This document shows, piece after piece, positions 1 through 11,314 of a DNA stretch of 64,000 nucleotides. Position numbers and translations under genes: made by a program. Position 1 is the first letter of the stretch; each line of letters starts with the position of its first letter. Under the pieces are notes generated by a model. That model saw only the letters and a list, made by a program, of their open reading frames with translations. It had not been told where the DNA came from and did not search any database. The stretch is from Vicugna vicugna. Taxonomy: Eukaryota. The DNA lies in contig MU058463.1 in NCBI GenBank assembly GCA_013265495.1, positions 310,001 to 374,000 of the forward strand, given 5' to 3'.

Positions 1-109
1 GAAATGTGTATCAGATACTGTTAGTTAGGTATTTCAGAGAGGAACCATAGCACAGAATATGGGGAGGGGTCTGTACCAGAAAAGTCCTGTAGGGTCCTGT
101 GTGACTACA
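1..109 (-). mobile_element. 5' part of an ERV1-class 3' LTR (continues beyond window start)
   Basis: Minus strand begins TGTAGTCACACAGGACCCTAC directly after polypurine tract AGAGAAAAAGGGAGAA (111-126). Confidence 0.75.
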
Positions 110-1350
110 GTTCTCCCTTTTTCTCTGATACTCCTCAATCCTGAGGTGAACTGGATGATCACTGCTCTGGCTACTTCCTGCTGAATGGGGGCAAAGTCAA
201 TTTTTCAGGATTTGAGAAGAGAAAGCCACTGATTTTCATTTCAAAGACTTCCTGAACCCGAAACTTAGTATAAGTATTTTGTATTATGAAAACATCACCT
301 CCGTTTTGGATGGTTTTGCCAAAGGAACTGGAAAGACTTTTGAAAACTAGTAGACATTACAATTAAGATAATGATCATGCACTCTGAGAGCAGTTCCCGA
401 AGGGGTCTTCCTATTCCAAATGACAATGAGGACAATAAGCCATGGAGCAGGTCCTCTCTACAAATATCTTGTAACCAAGTAGACTTTTGAAATATTCTAC
501 TTGTTTGGGTTTAATTTCTCCAGGGGTATTAATATACATCTAGAGAATCTAGTGTCTTCTGCTGAGAGACTGTATCTTGAGCTGTCTTGTTTGTCAGTAC
601 TATTCCTAAAATAAGAGAAAGGTTTCATGGTTACAAGAGGAACACTTGAGACAATAAGGCTGCAGTTGGCAGCTGCTAGCGGATATTGTTTTGAGAATGG
701 CTGGTGGTGTCAAGTCTGATACAGTTTAGAAAACTCAAGTTCTTAGTAATATAGGAATGTGTCTGAACTAATGTCTACAATGGTCATCCAGTTCTATGTT
801 GGATGTGTAAACCACAGTTACCCTTGATTTTTAAATGTGTTCTTTCACTTAATGGTTAAAACAGATGTGCAAAGCCTGTTTAATGGGCCATAAACAGGGT
901 GTTTTGGTTAAAGTTCAAGTTAAATTGTGTATAAACTAGCATGACTTTCCCATACCTCAATATGTGAAATTATCTATCGTTTTTTCCTTCTGATTTGTAA
1001 ATCTTTTGATAGAAAGCATAAATGATCAAAATATTTGTCCCTCTATGCCAGGGTGGTCATGGTGCTACTATATATGTATATATTGCCTTGTTATCCATGG
1101 TGGAGGGAAAACTAATCAGACATAGTAAATAGCTTAGAGATATGCTAATGGGGAAACATTAGATAGCCCATGCATTTTATCAATTACATCCAATAAAAAG
1201 AGAAAGAGGAAAATAGTTCTTATTAGAAAGAAGTACACAAAGGGAGAAGGAGAGTGAATAGAAAGGTTTATGGTGGTGCTGTCTGTGCCCTAATGTTGTT
1301 GCTAGTAAGTTGCTGCTTTCTGATTTCATTTAAATCCACTTTGCCTATGG
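110..1350 (-). mobile_element. ERV1 internal remnant with degenerate env TM (~298-630)
   Basis: Frameshifted translation *NLSLILGIVLTNKTAQDTVSQQKTLDSL//YINTPGEI-TQTSRIFQKSTWLQ followed by a hydrophobic stretch, upstream of the PPT. Right boundary approximate. Confidence 0.65.
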
Positions 1351-1402
1351 TATTAGTGGTATCATGTGGATAATTAAAAATGGTTAAAATGCATGCGATC
1401 AT

Positions 1403-1920
1403 TATTGAAAAGAAAGACATTTTCCTCTACTCTTCTAGGTTCTTCTGGTTGGTCTCAGAATTAAATTGGCATGAGCCAGATTAATAGGAGAAAACCAAAT
1501 ACAAATTTAATAACATGTGTACATGGGAGATACTCAGGAAAACTAATTCACCAAAATGGCTAAAGCCCTTACCTTAAATGAATTCCTCAGCTAAAGACAA
1601 AAGAGGTCATTGAGTGCAGTGGGAGTCAGTTATGGGAGGTTACCAGGAAAAGCACAGTAAAGGGTGATTTTGATACAGATTTAAGACTTTGTCTTCTCCA
1701 TCAATAAGAGTTTCTAGAGATTTGGTCACCTTCTTCTGCCAGGTACAGAGAGGAAGACACCCTTGCAAATGAAGATTTCTCTCACAAATTTAAATGTTTC
1801 TTACTAAAAGGCAACTCCTACTTGGTTTCCCAGTCAGCTGTTTTTCAGACAATAACCAGCTTAAATCAATTAATGTGTCAAAGACACATATTTTAGGGTG
1901 GCAAATTCTGTTCTCCTACA
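1403..1920 (-). mobile_element. ERV1 solo LTR, MER34/MER39-like
   Basis: Minus strand starts TGTAGGAGAACAGAATTTGCCACCCTAAAATATG; imperfect 4-bp TSD tcat/ccat. Confidence 0.75.
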
Positions 1921-2446
1921 CCATTTTTCATTGAAAAATAACAAATAGTGTTTCAGAAAGTATGGTATAAGTGAATGAAACCTCCTTAAAATGTGTTTGT
2001 GAAATAAGGGCATATTGTGTCTGAAAAAAAGGGAGGGATCAGTTTTATGTTTTTGTATTTATATAAATAGAAAAATAGAAAAAGTAATCTAAACTACTGT
2101 GTATCAGGCTAAAGGTATTATTTTACTTCCTTCTTCTTTCTACCCTTTTTCTTGACTTATTTTATGTACAAATACTCCCTTCGGCTTTTTATGCTAATCT
2201 TAAGAGCACTAATTATTCACATTTCTTATCTGACAAATGCACACTCACATACCATTTGTCTCTAGGCTTAGCAGCATTTTAATGGTGATAAACAGAAATA
2301 CTTCCAAGAGTAATTGACTGCCATTTTATAATTATGTTTTATTCTATTACTTCACTGAAAAGAATTTTACTGATGCATGAAAAATATTCCAAAAGCAGGA
2401 GGCATGTTTTTAATTATATTATTGTCTTCTGTCAAAGGTTTGGGTT

Positions 2447-2574
2447 TTACTTTAAATCTAGACACTTGAATATTCTTGTGTCTAAGCATAATCTTTGTTT
2501 CTTAGTAGTTGTACAGTTGATTAACACACATTTTAAAATTATTCACAGAGAATGATTCTGACAGTGAAGTTTAT
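2447..2574 (-). pseudogene. Probable last coding exon relic
   Basis: ccactttag| phase 1: DKLHCQNHSL*IILKCVLI vs TASOR IRLQAQNIQQRHIVFL. TAA at 2447-2449; minus-strand AATAAA at 2338-2343. Confidence 0.55.
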
Positions 2575-3419
2575 CTAAAGTGGCTATTTTAAAATCTTAC
2601 TCTATTATGTACACAGATGTTTTATGATGCTCATTTTTCATGGCAAGTATAAAGATTCTAAGAAAACATCTAAACGATGCAAAATGAATCCTAAGTGTTT
2701 GAAAACATGCCTTCATAAGATAATAACCAAAATAAATGAAGAAATAAAATATTTAATATATAATGGTGTTTGCGGCTATTTCAATTAAAATGAAGTTTCT
2801 TTGTTTTTTCATGAGAATAGAACAAAGCTTAGTTGGAGAAAATTCCCCTACTGATACCTACTTTGAATTTGAAGCAAATTTAAAATAAAAGAATGGATTA
2901 TATAGATATTTATTTAACCGAATTTTGGCTCCATACAATAGGGTGACCCAAACATTGATTGTCATGCTTTTCCTTTTGAGTACTTGGTAATTTGCTGGCT
3001 GAAAGCTCATATGCCAAGTACAAAGTAAGATATTAGAGCTTGTGGCAGTCTCACTGAGTATGAGAGATAGAATATGGATTTCTGAGTTACAAAAACAATC
3101 ATGACTTCAGGGTATAAGATCTGAAAAAAGTGGGAACTACCAAGAAGTGAACTCAACATTATATCCAAAAGTCATCTTTATATCCCCCCTCCTAAAACAT
3201 GGCTATGTGCACAAACCAAGCAGAAAGACAATTCTAAGAAGTTTAAAGTAATATATAGAGATTTTGGCAGGTACACATGTAAGCAATACAAACATGGAAG
3301 TTTCAGATTCTAGGAAAGTTGGAATTTATAAAATAATTCAGACCTATAGTTAAGTCTTATAAATGGTCATATTCTAAAAGTAAAGGTAAACAAGAAATAG
3401 GGAGAATCTCAAGCCATTC

Positions 3420-4170
3420 CAGATGTTCGAGCTTGCATTTACAAGCTGGAAAACTTGATTGACTTTTCTTGAACCTATCAGAGAACTGAGATGATAGTGT
3501 CAAGAAACTGTTCTTCAGGGCTTCAGGTGTAAGAAATCTGTTTGCACTTTCCTGGAGACCTTTCCTTCATGACATCCACTGGGTGCTGACAGGAAGAATC
3601 AGGGAGAATCCCAAGTAAACGTTCCTCATCGTCCTGATTGGGGTCAGGCAGCAGTAGCCACTGCTGAAATTCCACCCAGACTCACCTCTAACTCCATAAC
3701 AACAGCCTTAATATATAAACAGAAGAGGGGAAAATATATATATTTCTTCTTTAGAGTACTAGAAATCCATTTCAACTAGGGGAAGAAAAAAGGTAAAAGA
3801 AGTTCTACCTCTGGGAGAGAAGCAGGAATATATGTTAGTCTTGACATTACAACAAGTTAAGTGGTAAGAACAGTTGGAAAGTCACATAATACAAGACTCA
3901 GGTTCCCTATGCCTGATACAGGCAGAGGCTCAATCAGAATAGTGGAGAACACGTTCATTCCCCAGTCCCCCACCACCATTCTAAACAGAGTTAAAATAAC
4001 GGTGCAATAGGAGTAGGAGACTGGAAAGATACAGATTCTCTCAGGTGAACTGACATGGGAAAAAAAACAAAACAAAAAAACTAATAAACTAGCCCACAAG
4101 CTGAATACTACGTACCCTAGAGGAATTTAGATTGTGGCACACGGAGGGTAAACTTGACAACAGTCAAAAT
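3420..4170 (+). mobile_element. Old L1 5' region fragment (L1M4-like)
   Basis: Resembles recalled L1M4 5' end motifs (ctatcagagaactgag, ccactgctgaaattccacccag). Confidence 0.45.
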
Positions 4171-4544
4171 GATAAAGGCAAAGGTTACTAGATAAATAAA
4201 TTACTGAATGAAATAAACAACTGAAACACTTTGTGGAGACTAAAAATAGCTAGTGAAGCTGAGAATAGAGAACAATACAGAGAGGTATAAATGACAGAAT
4301 ATCATGACCAAAAGAAATTTTGCAAAAAGATATGTCAAATCTTTATATTTAACTTTTATCTAGATGCCTTTTCCTTAGTGCATTCCCCAATGTTCTGAAT
4401 GACAGTAAGGTGCTCAACTCAAAAATGCATATAACTGCATACTTTCAAACGTTTACTAATTTGATATTTGCAAAACATTCCTTGGAAGTCAGGCAGAGGT
4501 ACAGACATTATATTCACCTTAAAGAAAAATAAACTTGTAGATTG

Positions 4545-5260
4545 CTTTCGTCTGCTTGGGCGATTATAACAAAATGACATAGACTGAATGGCTCTGAATA
4601 ACAGAAATACGTTTTTTACACTTACAAAGAATAGATACGAGTTTGAGATAAGAGTGCTAGTAAGATCATGTTTTGGTGAAAGGTTTCTTCCTGGCTTGAA
4701 GATGTTGGCCTTCTCTCTGTGTGCTCAGGTGGCAGAGAGAGAGAAAGCTCGGGTCCTCTTCTTATAAGAACACTAATCCCATTATGGGGGGCTCCATGTT
4801 CATGATCTCATCTACACTTAATTACCTCCCAAAAGTCCCACATGGCGTCACTTATGCTAAGCTCCATATCAGCAAATTGAGATTTAATTACAGTTTGGGC
4901 ATTCTCAGAAATGGACTGTTAAACCAGACAATCAGGAATCACCTGATCAGCACTAGCTAGGTAATCTGCCTGATGACCCCTACCATCCCTTAAAAGAAAT
5001 TAACGTTGCAATAACCAATCCAGTTTTTCATCTAGTGTAACATCCTTGTTCCTGCTTCCCTCTTGCTATAAAAGTCCTCCATTTTTTTCAGCTCCAGGGA
5101 ACTTCTTTCTATCTGCCAAATTGGATGTCACCTGATTCAAGTTGATTTTTTGTGCTGAAATAAACTCAAAAAATTTAATATGTCTCACTTTACTTTTAAC
5201 AAAGGATTAGGGCGTCATCTTATGAAATTTTGGAGGAAACAAAATTTTAATTCATAACTG
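4545..5260 (-). mobile_element. MaLR LTR MLT1A-like, split by an ERV1 LTR
   Basis: Typical tcttataagaacactaatcccatt...taattacctcccaaa; resumes ggattagggc...tatgaaattttggagg at 5202. Confidence 0.8.
4844..5201 (+). mobile_element. ERV1-class LTR, 5'-truncated
   Basis: TATAAAA 5067-5073, AATAAA 5159-5164, ends TTTTAACA. Confidence 0.7.
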
Positions 5261-5326
5261 ACATGTTAAATCACCATTACTTATTTGTCTTGCTTGCTGA
5301 GTTGAAGAAAGTATAGTTCTATATAC

Positions 5327-5393
5327 CTTAGGCACAATTAATTATACTATCCATTGATTTTTCATGAAGTATTCATTTTATCAATTTAATATC
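5327..5393 (-). pseudogene. Exon relic, PIN-like domain
   Basis: Follows a 70-nt intron; tttaattttccag|...aag|gtatat, phase 0-1: DIKLIK*ILHEKSMDSIINCA* vs HLVEILSYHNCD...ELDCL. Confidence 0.65.
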
Positions 5394-5463
5394 CTGGAAA
5401 ATTAAATGTCAAATGGAATCCACTACTAATATTTATTTCTACCTATTCTCAATAGTAATTTAC

Positions 5464-5540
5464 CTTATAGTAATATTGATTCTTCAATAGTTCCAATTTC
5501 AGGAGAATTTCTTTGTTCATTTCAATATATGTGTGAGTTT
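5464..5540 (-). pseudogene. Exon relic, PIN-like domain
   Basis: Acceptor reads ttaatttcTAA (AG>AA), donor aag|gtaaat, phase 1-0, open: THTYIEMNKEILLKLELLKNQYYYK vs ALSLLTLLNVYQKK. Confidence 0.6.
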
Positions 5541-5957
5541 TTAGAAATTAATAATTGATACAGTTTATTAAATAGAATATTGTATTGAACATAGCCCATC
5601 TACTTCACTAGTAATTTGTTGTGACTTAATGTGATTTTTACTTGAAAGATAGATGGTTAGAAAAAAAATAGATGCTATATAGAGATAGATAGATAAGATA
5701 AACACAAGATATTGAGAATATGGTGAAAACTGTGCTTAAATATTCATTCTGCAACAGTTAAGCATTAGATTCTAAGAGGAATGTCATCTACGATCATATA
5801 GTGAAATGGTATTGTTGAGTCAGCTCTGTACTCATTTGATTAAATATATCATATTTTACAGCATTCTAAAGACATTCAATGAAGAAATAAAACATTCTGC
5901 TAGTTATCATCAAATTGTTTTAAGTATATTTACATATTGGATTGAAAATACATACAC

Positions 5958-6011
5958 CAAAATGGAAGCCATACATGTATTTTTTTTCCTGCAGAATTCT
6001 GATAAAATCCA
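5958..6011 (-). pseudogene. Exon relic, PIN-like domain
   Basis: tttattccag|, 54 nt, phase 1-1, open: DFIRILQEKKYMYGFHF vs TASOR NFLTFLEE...WQWKVH. Donor gtgtat is weak. Confidence 0.55.
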
Positions 6012-6440
6012 CTGGAATAAATTTTAAAAGTGGGTAAGTTATTATTATGGATAACAACTTATCATTAGTTTTGTTTTGTAAAATGATGGTTCTACTGAAA
6101 TCACAGTTAGGAAAATAAATTATATCTTTTAAGTAGCTTAAAAGTATTATTTCTGTGCCTGAGTGAAGTTTGTAATAAAAATCATGGAGAATACATTAAA
6201 AGCTGTGTTATACTGAGTGACTCCCAAATGCTATTCTTTATGGCCTGAATAAAGTAATAAATGCAGGACCGATTATGATTATATGTAAGTGATTTGCATA
6301 TAACGTGGTTTCCTCTATGTCTCAGTTAACATAACTGAATTTTATTCTCATGACATTTTAGAATCAAAGCAATCACTAAAATCCAGTTATTGGTGAACAG
6401 AAATAATAGAGACTATTATATAAGAAAAAAATAATCATAC

Positions 6441-6524
6441 AGCTCCAGAGAGTCGACAAGACAGGAGACAAGACATTGCCTAAGTTTCCTTTTATAATTG
6501 AAGAATTACTATATTAAATACAAC
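6441..6524 (-). pseudogene. Exon relic, PIN-like domain
   Basis: tagcag|...gct|gtatga, 84 nt, phase 1-1: GCI*YSNSSIIKGNLGNVLSPVLSTLWS vs TASOR GGFIVSDESIL. Confidence 0.55.
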
Positions 6525-7640
6525 CTGCTACATACACTGAATAATCAATTCCTCTTAAAGTTAAACTAGGCCTGACAGGAGTACAAGTATCATTAAACAT
6601 GAATCATTTTCTTTCAAAAGAAGATCTTAGAGGGAAAAATCAATTTCTATGTTATTCTTGGGAATTTTAAAATTATTAACCTCAAAATAATGAACCCATT
6701 CAGAGAAGTAAGAAAATAATGTTAAGGTTCACATGGATTTAGGCTAATTTTATATTAGTGATCATCGAATTTTTTTCTTTGTAGATTTGATAGCTCAGAA
6801 GTATTGCCTGCTTCAAAAGAAACTGAATATATTTTACTTTCAATCCTGAGACTTTCATTCTTTATCACAACACTGCTTGACAACTCAGTCTTGAGATATT
6901 GCTCAGCTTTGATGGGAAGAAATTAGAAAACGCAACATAAGGGGCAAGTGAAAATTATTCCTTTAAGTCAGTTACTTAAAGTTTGGTCCTTAAACTGAAG
7001 TTGCTGTTATTAATTAATGTATTGCTTTGTTAACAAAACCTAGTAAATTACCAATTCATCAAAAATATCCAACAAGCTTTAGCCTAAAGAATTTTTTACA
7101 AAGCTGCAATAAGTCCCGAAAGTAAGGTCTTTAATAAAGATTTTTACATCACACGTAACTAGACAATTTTACATTGAATGGTCATAATAAACTCTATTTG
7201 TTTTCCCTAATCTATGGAAACAGTCAATTCAGATTCAGTTACTCAGGCTCTTTCACTGCAATTCATTCACTCTTCCAAAACAAGTTATAAAGCCTTTAAC
7301 TGTTACTTGATGATAGTGTTAAGTTGTAATACATGTTTTGATTTTAAAATAGGATAAGGTCAGCAGAGCCAGCTTCTTCCTCTAAATCACAAAAGCATAT
7401 CCATATCCAGGCATGCTGCATTTAATGTAGGTCATAAACCTGAATAAAGTGTGGGATAATTTTGATACCTATTCAACAGATGACATATGTTAATTTAACT
7501 TATTTTAAAAGATTTCACATTTTCACAAAACAGTTGGAAGTTTGGCCTTTATTCATATTACATATTGATACTAATGACAACTATGACCTGAGAAGTCTGT
7601 GGCCCTCTGAGCTACTAGGCAGAGAAATTAAGCAAAAAAG

Positions 7641-7778
7641 GAGGGGGCAGAGTATAACTCAGTGGTAGAGTGCATGCATATCATGCATCAAGTCCTGGTT
7701 CAAACCCCAGTAACTTCTCTAAAAGTAAATGAATATATAAACCTCTCCCACAAAAAATTTTTAAAAAATTAAAAAAAT
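7641..7778 (+). mobile_element. tRNA-derived SINE, camelid Vic-1-like
   Basis: gggggcagagtataactcagtggtagagtgcatgc (A box), ggttcaaacccc (B box), A-rich tail. Confidence 0.85.
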
Positions 7779-7846
7779 ATAATTATAGCATGATTTGATG
7801 TGAAGAAAAAAATTATAAGCATGTTAAACTATTTTCTCCTCATTAC

Positions 7847-8166
7847 CAATTAACTGAGTGCTAATGTAAAGAGGAAACAGAAATATCATCACATATAAGT
7901 TGCATTTTCCCAGCATTGTAACTGCTATACTTCGGTCTGCCTAGAAAGTATGTTTCATTAAGTCTGAAATAGCACATTATCCAAAAGTAGTTCCTAAGGC
8001 TCTGATTTTACTGTTGATATCCTTCCAAAATTGTTGCAACTCATTTCAAAGAGAGTGTTTTTATTCATTAAACTTGGAATATGTTAATATAAGGCCTTGA
8101 TAAGTGTGGCGATTTCTTGATGAATGTGATAATATCATTTTTTTTACTAGCTCCATAACTGAAAAT
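7847..8166 (-). pseudogene. Exon relic, region N-terminal to the PIN-like domain
   Basis: cag| acceptor, ttg|gtaatg donor. HQEIATLIKALY*HIPSL...VKSEP*ELLLDNVLFQ vs TASOR TECHPERFL...LDKLLIIIQ. Confidence 0.5.
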
Positions 8167-8869
8167 CTGTTTTCCAAAAAATAAATAAAACTCCTTGACT
8201 TAGAATCAAAATAGAAAGATTGAGATCTTTAGACATTCCTGAATCATTATCGTTGGTGTTGCCTTTGCTTATAAGAAGATACTAGTGATGTTTTGCTAAA
8301 GAAAATGTAAGCTCTATTTTTATTAATTTGTAGATAAGAATTGGGGTATGTTTTAAGAGAAAATGCATTTTTAATACAATGTAGATCACATATTAGAATA
8401 TAAATAATTGTTTATCATAAAATAAATAATAACTTTGAAATATATCTTAGGATACTATTCTTAAGAATTATTAAAATGTTAACAGATAATTATTTGGATA
8501 TACTAATTGTAGAGAAAGTACAGAAAGTAAAAAGACTTGAAATACTTGAAATGAATAAGGGCTATTAGGTGCTTTTTCTCTTTACACTAAAGAAAATAAT
8601 TTATATAATTCTGTGCTAGTACAAAAAAAGTATAAATCGTGGAATGTTTGAAAGTTTAAATGATCAAAATTCACACAAAGAAGGATATAATATACAGGAG
8701 TAATACAATAATGCTTAAGAATAAACTTAATATAAAAGTTAATAAAAATCATTTCTAAAACATTATCAAGTTAATTCAATTTTTAAAAAATATATTTTCT
8801 TCCATTTCAGATTGTTAAAACAAAATTTCAATGCTAAATGTGGTCTAACACTTCTTGCACTTATTTAGT

Positions 8870-10280
8870 ATTCATATTCCTTCTTTAGTAACATTTGTTC
8901 ATTTTTTGTTCTATTTTTATGAATATTTTCAGTTGGGTTTTAAAAAATATAATTGATTTTTGAGAATACCCTTTTATATCTGGGTAAAAATATTTTATTA
9001 GGTGTGTGATTTGAAAATATTTTCTCCTAGTCAGTGGTTTGCCTTTATACTGTCTTAAAAAAATGTCTTTCAGAGAGCATCAGCTCTTAATTTGGTGAAG
9101 CCCAATTTATCCATTTTACTTTTATGGTATATTCTTTTTAGTTTTGTACATAACAAATCCCCATTTAACTCAATGTCACAAAGATTGTCTCCTATGCTTT
9201 CCTTTAGAAGTTTTATAGTTTAAGATTTTTATAGTGCATTCTCTACTATAATTGAATTAATACTTATATAGGTTGCAAGGAATAAAGACACTTTTTTTGG
9301 CATATGGATAGTCAGTTCTTCTGGTGGCATTTGAAGAACAGATTATTTTTTTTCTCCATTGAATTACTTTTGTACTTTCGCACAGATCAACCTAACATAT
9401 GTGCATAAGTCTAACTGTAGGCTGTCTTGGCCATTCTATTGCCTATTTGTCTATTTATATGCAATACCATAGCATATCATGTTGATTATTGCAGCATTAA
9501 AACTAGTCTTGATATCATAGTCAGTCATCCAACAAGGATCTTCTTTTTCAGATTTGTTTTGTCTGCTCTGTAGTCTATGAATTTTATATTAATTTTAAAA
9601 TCAGCTTGTTAACTCCTACGAAAAGAAAAGTACTCGAATTTGTATTGGATTGGCCTTAAAAGTATAGATTAATTTGGGAAGAATTGATATATTAAAATGA
9701 CTCTTTTAATTATGAACACAGTGTATTTCTTTGGGTTTTTAATATTTCTTAGCAATGTTTTATAATTTTTAAAATAAAATTATTCATATATTTTGTCAGA
9801 TTTATCCTTGAATATTTCATATTTTTGATATTATTGCAAGTGATTTTTAAAATCCCAATTCTGATACTTCACTGACATTTTACAGTAATAAAATTGATTT
9901 TTGCATACTGAATTTATAAACTTGCTGTAAACTTTCTGAACTCACTATTTGGTTACTTTAACTTTTTGAATATTCCACAGGATTTTCTACAAAACAAAAA
10001 TTTCATCTGACTATAAAAGCTTTAACTTCTTCCTTTACCTTTCGAATCCCTTAAATTTCTTTTTCATCACTTACTGTACTACTGCATAGAGTCTCCAGTA
10101 AAACGACACATAAAAATAATGAGAGAGGATATCCTTCCCACGTTCTTGATACTCGGGGGACATAACTCAGTCTTTTATCTTTAGTTATAATGGCACTGGA
10201 AGATTTTTCATAGATGCTCACTGTAAGTTTGAAGAAGATTCCTTCTATTCCAGTTTTGCTGAGGGTTTTTTATAATGAAT
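8870..10280 (-). mobile_element. L1 (L1MB-like) ORF2 segment, inverted part
   Basis: Antisense L1 ORF2 motifs, e.g. ccttctattccagttttgctgagggtttttt. Confidence 0.8.
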
Positions 10281-10970
10281 AAACAGACACTAATAAGTGT
10301 TGGTGAGGATACATAAAATGGGAACCTTCAAACACTGCTTCTAGAAAGTAGAATGGTGCAGTTATTTAAAAAGAATACAAAGACAATTTCTTAATCAGTT
10401 AAAAATAGATTTTCTGTAATGATCAAAAGATTCCACTCCTATTTTTCCATCCAGGAAAAGTGAAACATATGTCCACACAAAGATTTGTGTAATAATGTTC
10501 ATAGTATCATTATTCCTAATAGCCAAAAGTCAAAACAGCCTGAAGGTTCATAAACAAAATGTGGTTGATGAACAAAATATGGAGTATCCATACAGTGGGG
10601 TATTATACGGCAATAGGAGGGAATGAAGAATTGATGTATGTGATCACATGGATGAATCTCAAAAACATTTTGCTCAGTGAAAGAGGCAAGACACACAAAA
10701 AATCATATACTATAAAATCCAATTTATATAAAATATTGAGAAGCCAATTCCATAATAACAGAAAATAATGTTTTCCTATGACTGAGGGTAGGAATGGAGA
10801 GTGACTATAAATTGGTACAAATTTTCTTTTTAGGGTTATGGAAATGTTCTCAGCTTAGATTGTGTGATAGTTGTACAACTTTGTAAATATTATAAAATTC
10901 ATTGTGTTATAAAATTAAAAGAGGTAAATGTTGTGGTATGTGAATGACCTTTTGATAAAAGAATTAAAAA
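10281..10970 (+). mobile_element. L1MB-like 3' end
   Basis: aagtgttggtgaggat...atgtccacacaaag...ggaaatgttctc; A-rich end. Confidence 0.85.
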
Positions 10971-10979
10971 AGCCATTAC

Positions 10980-11314
10980 TTTAGACCAGGCAATTTGCAG
11001 ACGTAGAAGAAATAAAGGCAAGAAAAATATTAGCATTTATTCTATGGGTTTACAGTATAGTGTATAGTAGCAGACATAAGCAATGCAATATATTTAAATA
11101 CTAAGTGGCAAAATAAGTATATTTATAATCAAATAATTTATAAAAAAAAGTGGTTGTTTCTGTTTTTGGTGAAGGATTTATAAAAATTGTGTTTGAAAAT
11201 TTTTCTCCATTTTTAATTGTGTGTATATAATTAAATCTTAATGTTTTGCTAAGTTTACAAGGAAGAATATTAAAAGGTGAAGTTTGAGTATTTGTATCAG
11301 ATATTTCCAAATAG
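10980..11314 (-). pseudogene. Exon relic, SPOC-like copy 2
   Basis: About 70 open codons in very AT-rich DNA (ORF 11101-11310). ISDTNTQTSPFNILPCKLSKTLRFNYIHTI aligns without gaps to recalled TASOR2 [30 protein letters not shown]. Later CKPIE*MLIFFLP vs VKPLGDRGYLFLL. Donor gtaatg. Confidence 0.65.

Noticed and set aside
7643..7712. tRNA gene
   Set aside because: tRNA-like head followed by a SINE body and A tail; cloverleaf degenerate.
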